In this document: one piece after another, positions 37,910-52,300 of the stretch
Layout: every line of letters starts with the position of its first letter
Position numbering within the stretch: the first letter of the stretch is position 1
Source: Lingula anatina
Lineage: Eukaryota > Animalia > Brachiopoda
Length of the DNA: 64,000 nt
Assembly (NCBI GenBank): GCA_051362555.1
Contig: CM120641.1
Location: 47,684,401-47,748,400, forward strand
Reading direction: 5' to 3'
Made by a program: the position numbers and the translations under genes
Notes under the pieces: generated by a model
What the model was told of the DNA's origin: nothing
Databases searched by the model: none
Seen by the model: only the letters and a program-made list of their open reading frames with translations

Positions 37910-40900
37910 AATACATGTATTTATTTATCATAAACTAACATAAACTATTCAAATGATAATTTAAAAATCTTTATCAATTAAACCGAAAAATTCTAAATCG
38001 GCGTTTGTAGAATGTAACATATTCAATATCAGAACTCTGGCAATATTTTGGTACCGCAAAGTATGTGAAAACTTACTGGCCGCGGCCATTACCGTCTTCA
38101 GCCGGTACAGTGGATCTGGTGTCTTTAAGGCTGAAAGCACCCGGCGGATCGCTTCAAATCACACGGAACATGATAGGAGCAAAACGCTAAAATTGAGTAG
38201 ATTCTATAGAAATTAAATTAATTTAGAAGTGAATAAAATGGATCAAATGTGCTTCACACTTAGCGCGCAGTTCTTCTTATTAATTTGGGAGGGGCGAAAT
38301 TATAGTGTTTATAAAACGAAAGTGTTTTCGTGACGAATCAGCCCTGACAGGAAATTCGACCTTTAGCGTACAAATCGCGGTAATGACAACTATTATGAGG
38401 TGCTTTGCTTTTATCATTGTTTTTTCCTCCTATCAAAAGCCTATTACCAAAGTCATAAAGTTTTAAGAGATCTATCATTATGTCACGTCTCATAGAGATC
38501 AAGCCCTGCAACTCGACGACAGCTCTATGATTAATTTTGTCGCTGAAATCTGTAGCTTGATCAAATATCTAAACGGCTCAGCTATCTTCGTGAACGCGTT
38601 AACAGTGATGAGCGTCACAAACAAGAAAGGAATAAATGGGCGGACTCGCGAGCAGACATTGAGGGCCCCGAAGAGAGGCGCGTGTATCAGACATTGGGCT
38701 CTCTTCATCAGTTGCACAAAAATGACAGACGGTGGAAGAATGACCATGAATATTCGCACGTCGTCGTGTTACAGTTCCCTTGGTAATTGATTCACATCAC
38801 TCTAACCCTGACACCATCGAATCCAAGTCACGGTGGGAAAAACTCCTCGCATCTTAATACAGATCTAAGCTCGGCATTGTGCGCTCTCAGTGTCGGCTGT
38901 CAATCGTTCGGGTTTCAATTAATCTTCCGAGTATTTCGCTACATTACCGACTCCATTTTCCGGTGTTTTGTAACATATCGGGTCTCGACGATCTAGCGAC
39001 ATCATTTGAGAACCGAAGAGAAAAAAAAAGCACAATGCTTGCGGATCTGAAGTCTCTATTTTGAAACACAACAGCCAATGTGAAGATCGTCAGTTTTTCA
39101 GCACTGATCACGGTCTCTGCGACGCCATTCACCTTCGCTTCACTGCCTTCCATCAACAAATAACATAACATTTATTTCTTGCGTCGTATTATTCTTTAAT
39201 AGGTAAGATACCTTAAGGTGAAACTTGAATGCCGTGTATTTCCCCTTCGCGACAATACTGCGCCTAACATCAACATAATACAAAGTAAAATATATCATTG
39301 AAGAAGCATTGTGCGTTTTGGCTTGATGATGTTGTTAATATGACCTACCGATTATAAAAAACACCCCCTCAATGAGTATGGAACGAGAGAAATGACTAAA
39401 AGCGCAGACTGCCCCCGTTCACGAGTATTTTCTTTCAAAATATTGCGGAACAGACGACACTTTGTCCTAAGGCGCGAGCGTCCACACCCGAGTCGCAGCA
39501 GGAGCAAGCGAGCCGACACCTTTCCCTTGCTTAGAAATAAAGCACAAAAACACATTAAATGTAATGTGAAGAATAAAAAAACTCATTAATTTCTCTTTCC
39601 AGCCCACCTTCTTCCTTTATTCCTGGTGCAGACATTTTTGATGCTACATGATATGACGCATTCCTGACTACGTAGAACAGAACACACGACTGTTAGTTCT
39701 GTTTATGTTCAAAGTTGTTTTTGTCCAAACTTTCTTCGTTAGATTTTCTGTTGAAAGGAAGACGTATTTTTTCATTAATTGCTGTTTTGATCAAACAATG
39801 TACAAAGCATACGTGATTGATACATAATGGCTAAAACATACAAACCACAAATGTAATACTTTTCTAAACCATTCTATTTTTTTGATTTACAGAACGAACA
39901 TAACGAAAATGTCATTTTGATTAACATTTTATTTATGTTTCTTATATGTTTGATTTTTTGTTGTTACCGATATTTTTTTCTTTTTGTCTTATTTATTCAG
40001 CGCTACTTTTTGAAATTTATTACAGTAGGCTGTAGTAAACAACTTGTATTTTCAGAACAACAAGGTACCCCAATAACCGATATTGGGGTAATAATAAGTT
40101 GGACAGTGTCGTCATCATTCTGTATTTTACAGTCGTTTCATTGTGAGACATCTCAGCCTGTTATCAAAACGCATTTTGTTCTGTAGGTAGCCTTATCATA
40201 TATTATATACATAAATAATTCTCAAATAAAGGAAAAATTGTCCTTATGCATATTTTGTGAAAAAATGACAAATACTAATAACAAGGCTTCCAGTGGTTCT
40301 AAAACAAATGATCTGACATTTAGTTTGCAAATGTTTAAAAAACAAATAAAAATTGCACACAAGAGTTGGTATTTTAGACATCAGCGGGAACTTACGACAA
40401 GAAAAAAAAATCATAAATTGTCTTATATTTATGCATCATTTCTGTGAGCAGATGTGAGAGAACCCCCCTATGGTGAACACAGATTTTTCTTTGTGCTATC
40501 TGACAAGCTGGGAATTAGTTCGACTTCCCATGAACGCGGAGAACCAAACTAGCTTTTCTCAAACACGGCTATCTGCACAGGTTGGGCTATTCATGACCTG
40601 ACATGCTTAAATAGAATGTCGACATTAAATTCTTATATTGATTTCATGTCAGTCGTAAATCTCATGCTTTTTTTTAAAGATTAATGCACGAACATGTTAG
40701 ATATTAACGCAGCTTCGTATCTGCCCCAATTAAAATTCCATATCGACAATCTTTGACAGAATACACTTTAACAAATGGTTGAAATTTCGTTTGTGCACTG
40801 TAAATATTCAAATTTTAAAACAATTATTTGTTAAAAATTCATTAAAGGTATCTTATCATATTAGAAAATGGCAGACCCTCTGTAATTTCGTGAATGCAAA

Positions 40901-41854
40901 AATGTTTATTTCTATTTTCATTAGCAATACTTGAAAGGTTGCCATTTATAACTATAGTGGCATACTCACCTAAACCGACTTCCCTTTCTCAGTCCAATCC
41001 TTTTGTAGACCCGCTTTTGGTTTTGAATATACGGCAGCAAGAGAAAAAATACATATCAGCAAAAATAACGCTAGCAGATAAATATCTTACTTAGAATATG
41101 TTCTTTTAAGAAGAAGAGTAGGCCTATGTTTAGCAAAAGTCTAAGAATATTATGTATCAAATTGATTGAGAGCTAATAGGAAATGATGACCGATATTTCG
41201 ATTTTTATTGAAAAAAAAAAAAACATTTCGAATGTCCCCGTCTGAGGCCTCATTAGTTCACTGATTCCAAGTTGCTTCTGTTGTGAATTTATTCACGCCT
41301 TCACGACTGAGGAAGAAGGAGATTTCAACGAGATAACACGACTACTTTAATGGAGACACCTTGTTGCATGTCAGGGTGGTGTAAATGCAACAATACACTG
41401 ATTACATAGAATATGTTACTATTTGTTAAATGATACGAACAGGACGGAATTACGAGCTCGTGCATCATTACGTCCAAAGTTACAATTAATAAGCTTTTAG
41501 CTCGTATTTCCATATGATAACTACGCCCCTTAGCATGTCTAGTTAGAACCCGATAAAACATCTGATTGATTTTGAAGAGACTTTGGTAGTTTATCCCCAA
41601 TTTTCGTGCGAGAGAGGAAGGCAGCATGCATTTGCCGATCAATTTTAAGTAATTAGGCGGCACGTTAATCCGCGCAGTTCACCTTCTGAGCAGGAACCAG
41701 GGAGTTTGATGGGATTGAAAACGTTTTTAACACCACACACTTTATAAGTTTCTAATAATTCAGTGCCACCATTTTATATCTATGAAAAGAAACACTCAAA
41801 CAGAATTTGGTAATATATTATTTTTTTTTCGGTAAACATCTTTTTAAAATGGGC

Positions 41855-41858
<4 letters not shown>

Positions 41859-41931
<73 letters not shown>

Positions 41932-41954
41932 GCACACACACACACACACACACA
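41859..41954. repeat. (CT)n(CA)n(CG)n(CA)n compound microsatellite
   Basis: Direct inspection. Confidence 0.9.
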
Positions 41955-44217
41955 TACCTTTTGCCTTTATTTTTCTCTATCGTGAATTATCTGACTTCTG
42001 GATTTGTATTAACCGGGCAACCTTTTCCAGTTCATATCATTGTATTTAATTGACGATCTTTCTAAAAGCTCTTCCAAAGCTAAACGATTTTGCAATAAAC
42101 TGGGCTTTGAAATAACAAGCGGTCCAGATTTTATTGTAATTGCTGTATTCGGTTATGATAGCTTTTGCAACATATTGAAATTATTCTAAAACGGCACGTT
42201 GCATCAATGCCCATAACACTAATGAGTATTTAAAGAAAGTACCCAGTAATGCGCTACTGAGAGGAAACTCTTATACATATAATTACATTGAACGATAATT
42301 AAATTGCCGTACTTGTGCTCGACAAGTGTAAGCCCCACAAAATCAAGACAAACTATGTTACTTTGTTCGGGAATACTTATTAGAAGGAATAAAGGAGAGG
42401 ATCAGCGTATATTTCCGGTCTACTTAAGGTAGATTTAGGGTAGTGGTCACGAAGAGCGATCTTTATAAAGTTGACCCCTGCACGCTTGTGTCATTTAGTT
42501 GGCTTTGTCCAAACGGTTGTTGTTTGACTAATAAGGATAACAATAGATCGGCTGTCCATTTGTTGTAGTATAACCCAAAAACAGCGGGGCCGACATGACG
42601 TTAATCCAACAATTAACCTTAGGAACGCATACCTTTGGTTTGGGGGAACACTGCCTCGACACAGGCGATCCGGAAGATCTCTGTACATATTCCTGCCATT
42701 GGCAGATTAATAAAAGTAATTTTGATGTTACGCTACCTCTTTCTCACAATCCCGCCCCACCAGTATATACACGTATACTGAATTTCCTTTGTGAGTAATG
42801 GTTTCCCACGATTTGCTGTTTAAACGCCAAATGCTTGTGATAACGAATTTTGAACTGAGGTGGGGTTATCCGACCGCACGCCCTCCAGAACGCGCGTTCT
42901 TCTGCTTTAATTTTGTATTTGGACTTTGTTTTAAACTCTTGTTGTCAGTGTCTCTAAGCCAGCGCGTGTCGGTTTGATGTCTCTTTGTTTGCTTTCGTGG
43001 TAATAAATCCAATCTATTTGCATTTAAAGATCATATTTGATAGGTATTGATTTTATTAGCATCCTATACTGATCAGATTAAAGACACTAGAATTACGCAC
43101 AAACGCAAGTTTGAGATTACTGCCTCAATTTGCGTGCACACAGGATTATTAGATCATTCACTTTCATTCAATCGCACGTGTCATAAAAATTTGATAAATA
43201 AAATTACTGCCATAGCGAATGTGAGATGATTGAGGGTCTTTCTAAATTTACCATAGTTGTGCTTTAATAACAGCGGTAAAATAGGTTAAGGAATGTTACG
43301 CAAATGGAGCTGAATTCATTGCTTTTTAAAGTAAGATATTGTTTTCATAATGATTTGCAAGGGGTCTTATCCATTTACTTATAGCTTTTTATAAAACGTA
43401 TGTCGTATAGCAAATTTTCCCCTTCTTAAGTAGAACCTATAAATGTAAAAACCTTCTTGTACTCAATTAACTATTGTTTAATGACAATTACTATACGCCT
43501 ATGTAATATACGTTTCAACACGAGTTGGCCTAGGGTGGTAGGTACCTTAGACACGTTATCATAAAAATACATGTTTATGTATCACAACTGATAACGAGGC
43601 TTCAGCTTGGAGATGATTGCATAGATGACGGCGCCTTGTCTCTCACTGCTGCAGTATTACGTAGGTGGTAATAATAACCCAGCACACTTCTATACCGTTT
43701 TTCAAAACAAAAGGATAACAAACGGTGTCCAAGCTAGCGTGGTTCGTGTTTGGCGCGTCCTAAATGTCCCCTTACGCAACATTAACGGGAAATTGACAAA
43801 CAACGAAGCGTAAGTAAGAGGATTAATTTTCTAGTTATCTGTTACTATCTCAGTCCAAATAAAGCCGAACCTAGGCAGGTGACACAAATTTGTACAGTTG
43901 TCGACTGTCGGGTGTGTCAACGCTATTACGCACTGCGACAAGACTCATTTACTGCTGGCTCAATTGTCAATATTGAACATGCCTATGATCCTCTCTACGA
44001 TCACACAGATCATATTGGAAGGTGAGGCGACATTATGTAATACGCCTACAACGCACTGAGGTAAAACATGGGGATTTAGTATTAGCTGCCACGGATACGA
44101 TGAGACAGTAAAGGAGCGTGGGTGTATGCTCGTACAGAGGTGTGGAATTCTCCGTTTTATCCAAGAATATTTATTAAATCGCAGCACCGCAAGTTATACA
44201 TGTAGTGGAATGCACAA

Positions 44218-44243
44218 ACACACACACACACACACACACACAC
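44218..44243. repeat. (CA)n microsatellite
   Basis: Direct inspection. Confidence 0.85.
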
Positions 44244-46188
44244 GGAAAAGTGAGTGGAATTCCAAATATCTTTAACACAATTTGAAGGCCACGCATTATT
44301 TCAATATATTTCATTTTTTTGTTTGTTTGTTTGTTTGTTTTTTGGATTCGTCACAATCAAATTAGGGTGGGAACAATATTGAAAACAAATAACTGTAAGG
44401 CTTGCTAAAATGGTACATTTTCAGAACTTTGTATTCGACAAAATTACACACAGAGAGTTGACAAAAGATTGACCATGGTTATACTTGCCTGAAATAGTGC
44501 CACTTTTTTGGTGGGACCAATTTTTCTGGAATGGGTGTTGATTACTTATATACATGTATATTCTGTATATTTTTCTTATGATATTAAATGGCTTTTTTGT
44601 ATCAATGGTGAACTAGAATGTCTATCAAATTAAAAGAAAAGTTAATGAAATTTTCATAATGGTCAAGATTAAATTGTTTATTTCCAGATATAAATTTAAA
44701 CATGTCTTTCTTAGTGGAACTCCACGTGGCTGCTACCTGTTTCTCCCCGTTGAGCGTTCCATTATGGCTACCTGCTCTTATTAAGCCTTGTTACCGCCAC
44801 GGTATGCCTGCAGGCGGAAAGAGCGCTCGGTTTATTTTCTTTTTCACGTACAGCAGAAGGTGTCAGCCTTCGCGGCGCCTACATATCGCATAATGCTACA
44901 AATACACAAACACACAAACACGGGTAATGATAGGGAGGGGTACTTCCGTGTTTCACCGCCAGAGGGCGATACTGTTTTCTACCACTCTACATGGAACAAA
45001 ATACGCTGGGAAAATGACTACCACATCTTACGTCTGTTTCTGTAGTGGCCATTTATAATATAACCAACCTTTTTTTCTATTGTTAAAAAGTGAAATAGAG
45101 TTTAAACCATACACGAGAAAAAAACCCTGTTATTGTAAGCGTTTCCTTTACGGTATCTGAAAGCGTCGCTCCGTGCTTTCTATTTAGCCCCAATCTTATA
45201 CAATACTACAATCAGCAGTTTTTGAAGTATGTATTTAATAGTTCATTGAAAGTGTCACTTGATCAACAGCTTAGGCCAAGTAAGCCTCGTTCACCCACCT
45301 CTGTCTTGGCAAAGAATTGAACGACACGGAAATGGTTTTAAGTCTATCAATTCCGACTTGAAATCATTCTTTTATCGGGCCAGATCACTTGAGTTTGAAT
45401 TACTTGTTTTACCATTTAAGTGACTTTTCAATTGTCTCTCTAACAGCAGCCTTTCTGCACAGGGAATCGGGTCGCCTTTTGAGTTTTTTACACAAGACTT
45501 GTTGTATTGAAAAGTGCCTACAAAATTCGTGAAACGCAATCACTTGTTGATTTCAAACCAAGTCAATTTCATTTAATTGTTCAATGCACTGTGAAATTTT
45601 ACCCTAAAAGCCCGTCGGTATGAATAGCAGATAAATTTCAAGTAATAATGTATTAATATCATTCTGGCCGATGGCGGGAATAAGGAATTTTCTGCAACTT
45701 GAGTTTTAACAGAAGGCGACTTCTAAACTTTGTAAGCGATCCTCTCCATAGGATACAGACTCCAGATTATTTCAACGTTTCACGACAACTTCTCAACCAC
45801 ACCAAGTTATTCTAAAGGATTACGATGGTATGCTTACAAACGCTGCGCTTTTCTTTTGCGGTTGTTATCCGTGGAAAAATTGCCGATGGGTACGCAAGGT
45901 TTAAAATGATATCATGAACATATGTGTGCTTTCTTCTCCCTGCTTTTACCACTTAAACAGGTTTGGCTTTAACAATAGTTATGCGGTTGTCAACTGTGGA
46001 GGTATCTGTCACGTATGTGTGACATTGTACGAATGTCCCCAAATCAAAACTGTTTGTGATTTGTTTGAGATTATGATTAAGGACGAATAGTATTCTCTTC
46101 GTAAACTATTTATTGTGAGGACAGGTTGATCTCACTGGGGGCGTGGGGTGCACACACAGCCAGGTCTCTATCCCCCCTCCATACCCTA

Positions 46189-46360
46189 CCCTCTACCAGG
46201 GCGAGTGATAGATTTTTTACAGATATTCACAGATATGTCTCTAGCTAGATAGATAGTCATTTACAGCTGAACTGGGTTAAGTTGAAAATGACCATCTATC
46301 TATCTAGAGACATATCCGTGAATATCTGTCAAAAAATCTATCACTCACCCTGGTAGAGGG
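46189..46360. mobile_element. Palindromic MITE with TA target duplication
   Basis: TA|CCCTCTACCAGGGCGAGTGATAGATTTTTTACAGATATTCAC...GTGAATATCTGTCAAAAAATCTATCACTCACCCTGGTAGAGGG|TA, with ~73-bp near-perfect arms. Confidence 0.8.
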
Positions 46361-49300
46361 TACCACACCCCCACACACGGAGGCTCCCGTCCTAATTTGC
46401 TTTCTATCCATCTTTCTCGCTCTTTCCGTACGTCTCTCATGCACTCATAACTAGCACAACTGCACTCTAGCGTTGGAGCGTGCATGCGCACACAAACTTA
46501 ACTCTACCAAAAAAAAAAAAAAAAAAAAAAGAAGTAGAACAGCAACAGAGGGTTGTGGCCACGAGATCCACCATGTCAGCCCCAGAAATGCCGTACCGTG
46601 GCACGTTCTCTGTTCCTGCTAGGAGAATTACGCACCCAAAAAGGTCAAGCGTTGGCATTTTCCACCCATTACCGCTCATTTTTTTTACCACCGATGTGCT
46701 GTATCAATTTTTACTTAGAGGGGATTATAGGGGAATCAGCGGGCCCGATATTCCGCTGACTCTTACTTAATTAATGCCAGTAAAGAGGATTTAGGATCGG
46801 CTGGGAAGGCAGACCACCGTCGCGGTGACAGTTAAATCTAAAACCTTGCTACGTTTTTTTTTTAGCCTGCCGTAAGTCGGGTCGGTCGGTGTGAATTTCC
46901 AGTCAGCTCTATTTTTTCCCATACCGTACTGATACCCGCCATTTAATGTAGAATGATATTATGAGTGCATATGGGGAGTAAGATGAATATTCAGTTTGCA
47001 ATTGTGATCGAAAAATGCGATCGTTTTCTTTCTTTTTCCCTCTTTCATATAAAACATGATGCACATTGATAAACAGATATTGAACAAAATACACGTTCGA
47101 TGAAAACCCTTCTTTTGACGCGTGGGCAGAGTTTCAGATTACGACTTTAAATCAATTTCCTTTAAGAGCTAGCTTAAGCCGAGATCAGGGAAATATTAGT
47201 TTATCTTTTTCATTATTTCTGACAACGATTCGCGTCTTTTCTCGGTGTCCTTAATGGGGTTCTAATCATTTCTATAATGTCAAGGTTAACAGACGGAAAA
47301 AAGCTTTCTGTTGTTCTCACAAGAGAAAAAACGCTTAAAATGACATTGAAAGCTGCTGGGAAGGAGTTCTTTGTTTTAGTTATCACTTGTGCGACACGTG
47401 GCCGTAGTCAGTACGTCTGTATGGTACGTGTAAATTAGTGAATTATTAGGCATTGTTTAAATATCTTTTTAAATATAAACATGCCAATTATTTAAGCGAC
47501 ATCAATTGGATTGCACGCAAGGATGGTCGTCATATTTCTTCTCAGCCATTCCTTACCCGAAAACTACAGCTAATTTAATATTTTAATTTTCTTCTCTCAT
47601 CTTTTGATCGAATTTGCATCGATCTAACGGACAGATATTTGTTAAGCTTTCGTTAATAGTGAAAGAACAAAAAATAGTTAAAAATTCCCAAAGAATCGTC
47701 TTGAATGATGAGATACATTTCTTAATTTTTTTTAAAGTAAAATAATTCTAAATGAAATGTTTATGGATCATTTTTGATCTAATTTATTCGGCATGCATTA
47801 TACTTGGAATTCTACAACAAATTGATCGAATAATTATCGATCTTTCATTAATATGAGATAATGGTATATTTTTTAGATATGGAATATTTGACTGATATGT
47901 ACATTGAAAGATAATGCATTGCGTTTATTACTATTGAATATCTCTTAGGAGAATCCATTGCTCTTTTATTCTAAACATTTGGTTTTGTAAATAGTTTCTG
48001 GGTCATGATACTGTCACCACCGCTCGAAATATTAGTTTTATTAAAACAAATACTTACAATGATATAATAGTAAAGCATTTTTATTTATTTTTTTCAAATC
48101 TGCAGTTGTTTTACACCAGCCGGTTTCACCATTCATGTCACTTGCTTTAAGATAAACGCGTCTTCTTTTTTTGTTATTTTTGGTATTTCTGGACATGTCT
48201 TACAAGAAAGACAAACTTCATCAAAAGTTACAGCAGTGGTAGTTATATACAATATCTTATATCTCACCATTGTTCACGTACTCTAGCCCACCAGTATCAG
48301 GCGCCGAAACCAAATTATTTCCGTCATGAATTTGATAGGGTATATATACTGAGAAAACCTGTCTAAATAGAGTTGATAAAATTTGAGATTATCATATATG
48401 CAAACAATAGGGTACTTCAGGTACTTCATCGTCGGGTCTTAACGAAACTGATTTTATTGGCTTTCTTTAGAGTTACGTAAGTGGCAACAACGAATTTGTG
48501 AAAGATATATTTGATCACTAGCTTCTGATACCTGACGAGTTGCGCAACCGTCGACCACGGGTAAGAAAATCTCAGCTTTAGGGATATTTTGAAAGATATT
48601 TTAATTATAAAGTCAATTTCTCTGTTACACAAATCTGTTTGTATTTGATTAACTTGCTGGATCAGAGCGACGAGGAATCATAATAATTTTATATTGAGTT
48701 GATTGAGACTTGATTAGCCAAACTGGACATGTGTGACGTAGTCAAATCTTTGACTACTTAAAGACCGGCCAAATGAATAGATGGCCAGTGACACTAAGCC
48801 TGTGTGCCTTAACGTATTTTGTTTGGGAAAAGATGTCCTCGGGTATTATCATATTCACGTAGGTCTTATAACTTCAGTGACAAAAACAAACCCCCAAAAG
48901 TCCTTTCGAGTCAACCTTAGTAGCCTCAACTGAGTGGTCCTGCTTATTGTTTTCCGTGTCCGCTTACAACTCCCAAAATATTGTTGTTTAATTCTCTGCC
49001 AATGAAATGAGACCACGATCACTATTACGCTTTTGTCAGGTATGGAGACGTGCGTCTGCGATCGGAGCGGAGATAATTAACAATTTGAGCAACGCGAAGG
49101 CAACACCCCAAAGAGTTTATATAAGACGCCAGTTTAGAGTCCTTTATTAAGATTAATTTAACTTTGATCTATGACACAGGTCGCGGCGAACACAAGGGAG
49201 GCGATTATTCTTCTCTATTGGTTGACAACTGGCGGTGATCGGGCATATTCTTGCCATTGAGGCTGATGTTTATGTACCGTATATTAGTTGTTGACATACT

Positions 49301-52300
49301 CGGGGGTTACAATACGTCTCAATGCGCGTCCGTCACCCCGGCCTTTTGCAGCGCGGTGAACCCTTTTAAAAGTGTCTATACAGAAGGTAGGGAAAGAAAC
49401 CCACATATGACTCGTTCCATTTGATTTCGAATGTGTCAATTTCAACAAGTCGCCGCGGACAATACAGGCAAATGAATTGAGGGAGAATAGAACACGCTAA
49501 TATCGTTACTTGGGTCTCCGACCTTTTATTTTCATAAGGTCCTGTTTCGCCGCCTAAAATCTGAAAAAGATGCGAAGACAGTAATTAAACCCAAGATCAA
49601 GTCCTCCGAGCAGCAGTGTGACACTCACAAATATTTGTCCCGCAAATTTTTGGCCCGGCTGCTTTCTCCGATCATGTAGCCTTACAAATACGTCCTATGT
49701 ACTCAGAAAGGAACCCTCTTCTCATATTTGCACTACACTGCATTAAAAGACACTGTGTCAGCAAAAAACCCATGGAGTTAAGCGATGGACGCGCAATATC
49801 GGGCCTCATGTTATTTACTCGTGAGAGTAGAACCCTACGGTTAAAACGAAGGTTGAATAACATAGATTTTGATACCTAATAGCTGAGTCCTCTTAACACT
49901 GCTATTAACCGAATAATTGGAGAGAGGGGGCACAAATAGCGTCTAAACAACTTCGCCATAGTGTGCGCCCACGACCGACAAATTGTCCAAAGTGTTCTTG
50001 TCAAAATTGACAATTGTTGCGTATTCTAAACTCAGATTTCTAAATTGTCGCATTTTTAGGGACTTTCAACAAAAGAAAACCAATGGAATAACCCTGCCCG
50101 TCATGAATGCTTGTTGATCATGAACGAATGTCATTTCCATAGCCAAAAAGGTTTTAATTCGAACATGGGGGATGACATCTCTCTGCGCATTTAACTCCGA
50201 GATCCTAGATCATTTATCAACTAATACTGGATAAAAATACGCTTCTTAAATCCCGTACCTTTCCACCGACGCTCTGTTTAGTGACTCAGACTTCAATTTA
50301 TCTGCTAATCCAGGCGAATAAGCTGTCCAAATGAACATGCCCCTTACCGGGGTGATTGCTAGACAAAATCCTTCACATTAATGGACTTCGGTGTTTTTTT
50401 ATTAGCTTGGCATGGAAGTTAGGAATATCAGAACTGAATACATGTCTGATTAGTAGCGTACTATAACAGTGACAACAGATGGGAGTTTTACCGCTGTCAA
50501 AGGGTAAAATATAACAAATAACGTACACTGTTGTGAAAAGTTTTCAAATGAATGAATGAATGCATAGGAATATATTTTTGTTGACTTTTCCTTAATAAAA
50601 GAAAAAAAAAGAAAAATACAAACAAAAACAAAATTTATTACAAAACATCATGATTATGAGTATCATCATTATTAAGCTCTCTCTCTCTTCTTTCTCTCTC
50701 TCTCTCATTGTGCAGTCAACTTTTCCCATACACTCTTTCTGAAAAATAACCACCGTTTCTTGATGTCGCAGCGTAGCGTCATTGCCGCCAGCCAAGCTCA
50801 CAGCTGTAAGCTACTGTTTTTCTGAGGTCCATTGATCCACGAATACTATAATCGGATTATGGAGACAAGAATATTATCTATATTATGGTCTCTTGCAATA
50901 TTTATAATTTCCGAAATCCACACCGAATCTGGGGGTTACTTTCTCTCAGACTCAGGTGCACTGCAGATTAAACTGTCAGAAATACTTAAAGGGAACTTAA
51001 CCGTGCTGTCTTGGCATGCGTATCTCAGAAAAAAAGAGAAATCTGCTTATCCAAGCTGAGATTATATTTACTCCTTTCATTGTTTGACTTTTATATGTAG
51101 CACTGATTAATACCCAAAATGATCTCTTTTGGAGACTAAAAAAATAAGCTCCTAACAAAATGATTAATAGTCCAATATCAAGTTGATGGTGAAACAAAAT
51201 TATACATAGCTCTGTAAATCCATAAAGAATGTTTTTTAGTCTAAATTGCCATTAAAAACTTGCAGAAATAATCATCTTTACTTAATGTGGTAAAATTACT
51301 AGACACTACAGCAACTATCGTCATTCAACGCAAACCTAATAACTAACCCCACTTAACTGCAACACGGTCATTTCGGTTGGCCATCTTATATGAAACATAC
51401 ATTTGATTTCAACATTTTGAATAAAATATGCACATATTTTCTGCCTCCTTTCTCCCACCAAAATCAAATTTAAGAGCAATTATTTTGATAATAATAATAA
51501 TTCACTTCTTAAAAAGACGCACTACACTAGCGTCTCAGGACTACCTACATAAAACCATTAAGCCAATAGAAATATCAATTACATTAGATATGTATTTCTC
51601 ACTCTCTCTTTTCTCTCAAAATAGTTGAAAATAAATAAAAAGAATATATCAAGTAAAAGAAAAAAAAAAGAAAAGAAACCAAAGAAAAAAGGAAAGTAAA
51701 AAGAAAAAAAAGAAGCGGATTTTGGAGAGACCTGAGTTGCCACCCTGATGAGGGGTCAAGCCGACAGCGTTCCACTTTACCTGTTGTTTACTTAGCTCGA
51801 GTAGGTAGACGTTACTGTAAACCTCTCTCCCCCCAGCAGTTTATATATGTCACGTCTGTAATTACACCAGAACGTTGTATACTGGAAGAGCACGACTTAT
51901 TGGATTGCATAACAAAACATTAGACCCTCCAAGAGTTAGATGATGGAAACTTTAAGTTCCAGTTTCACCTTAAAGTGATTGTCACGGTTTCTTCTGACTA
52001 ATTTAAAAAGAGTTGTGCTTTTGCCTTTTTAAAATTCTATACACATTGTTATGCCCTTAAAAGAATATCATATTATGTTATTTTCTCAGTACGGTAAGTC
52101 ACTTTTATTAACATATTATTGGATTTAAATTTTAAAAAGTAGATGTTTTAGTTTCAGGATGCCAGGGTTGTCAGACGTTTTAATTGCGTTAAACAAATAA
52201 ATCAAATTAATTTCAAATAGGTTTAGATCCATAATCATTTAAAGCAATTTATCATTTTTGATTATAAATAATTCTTAAAAGTACAAATACATTTAAATAA

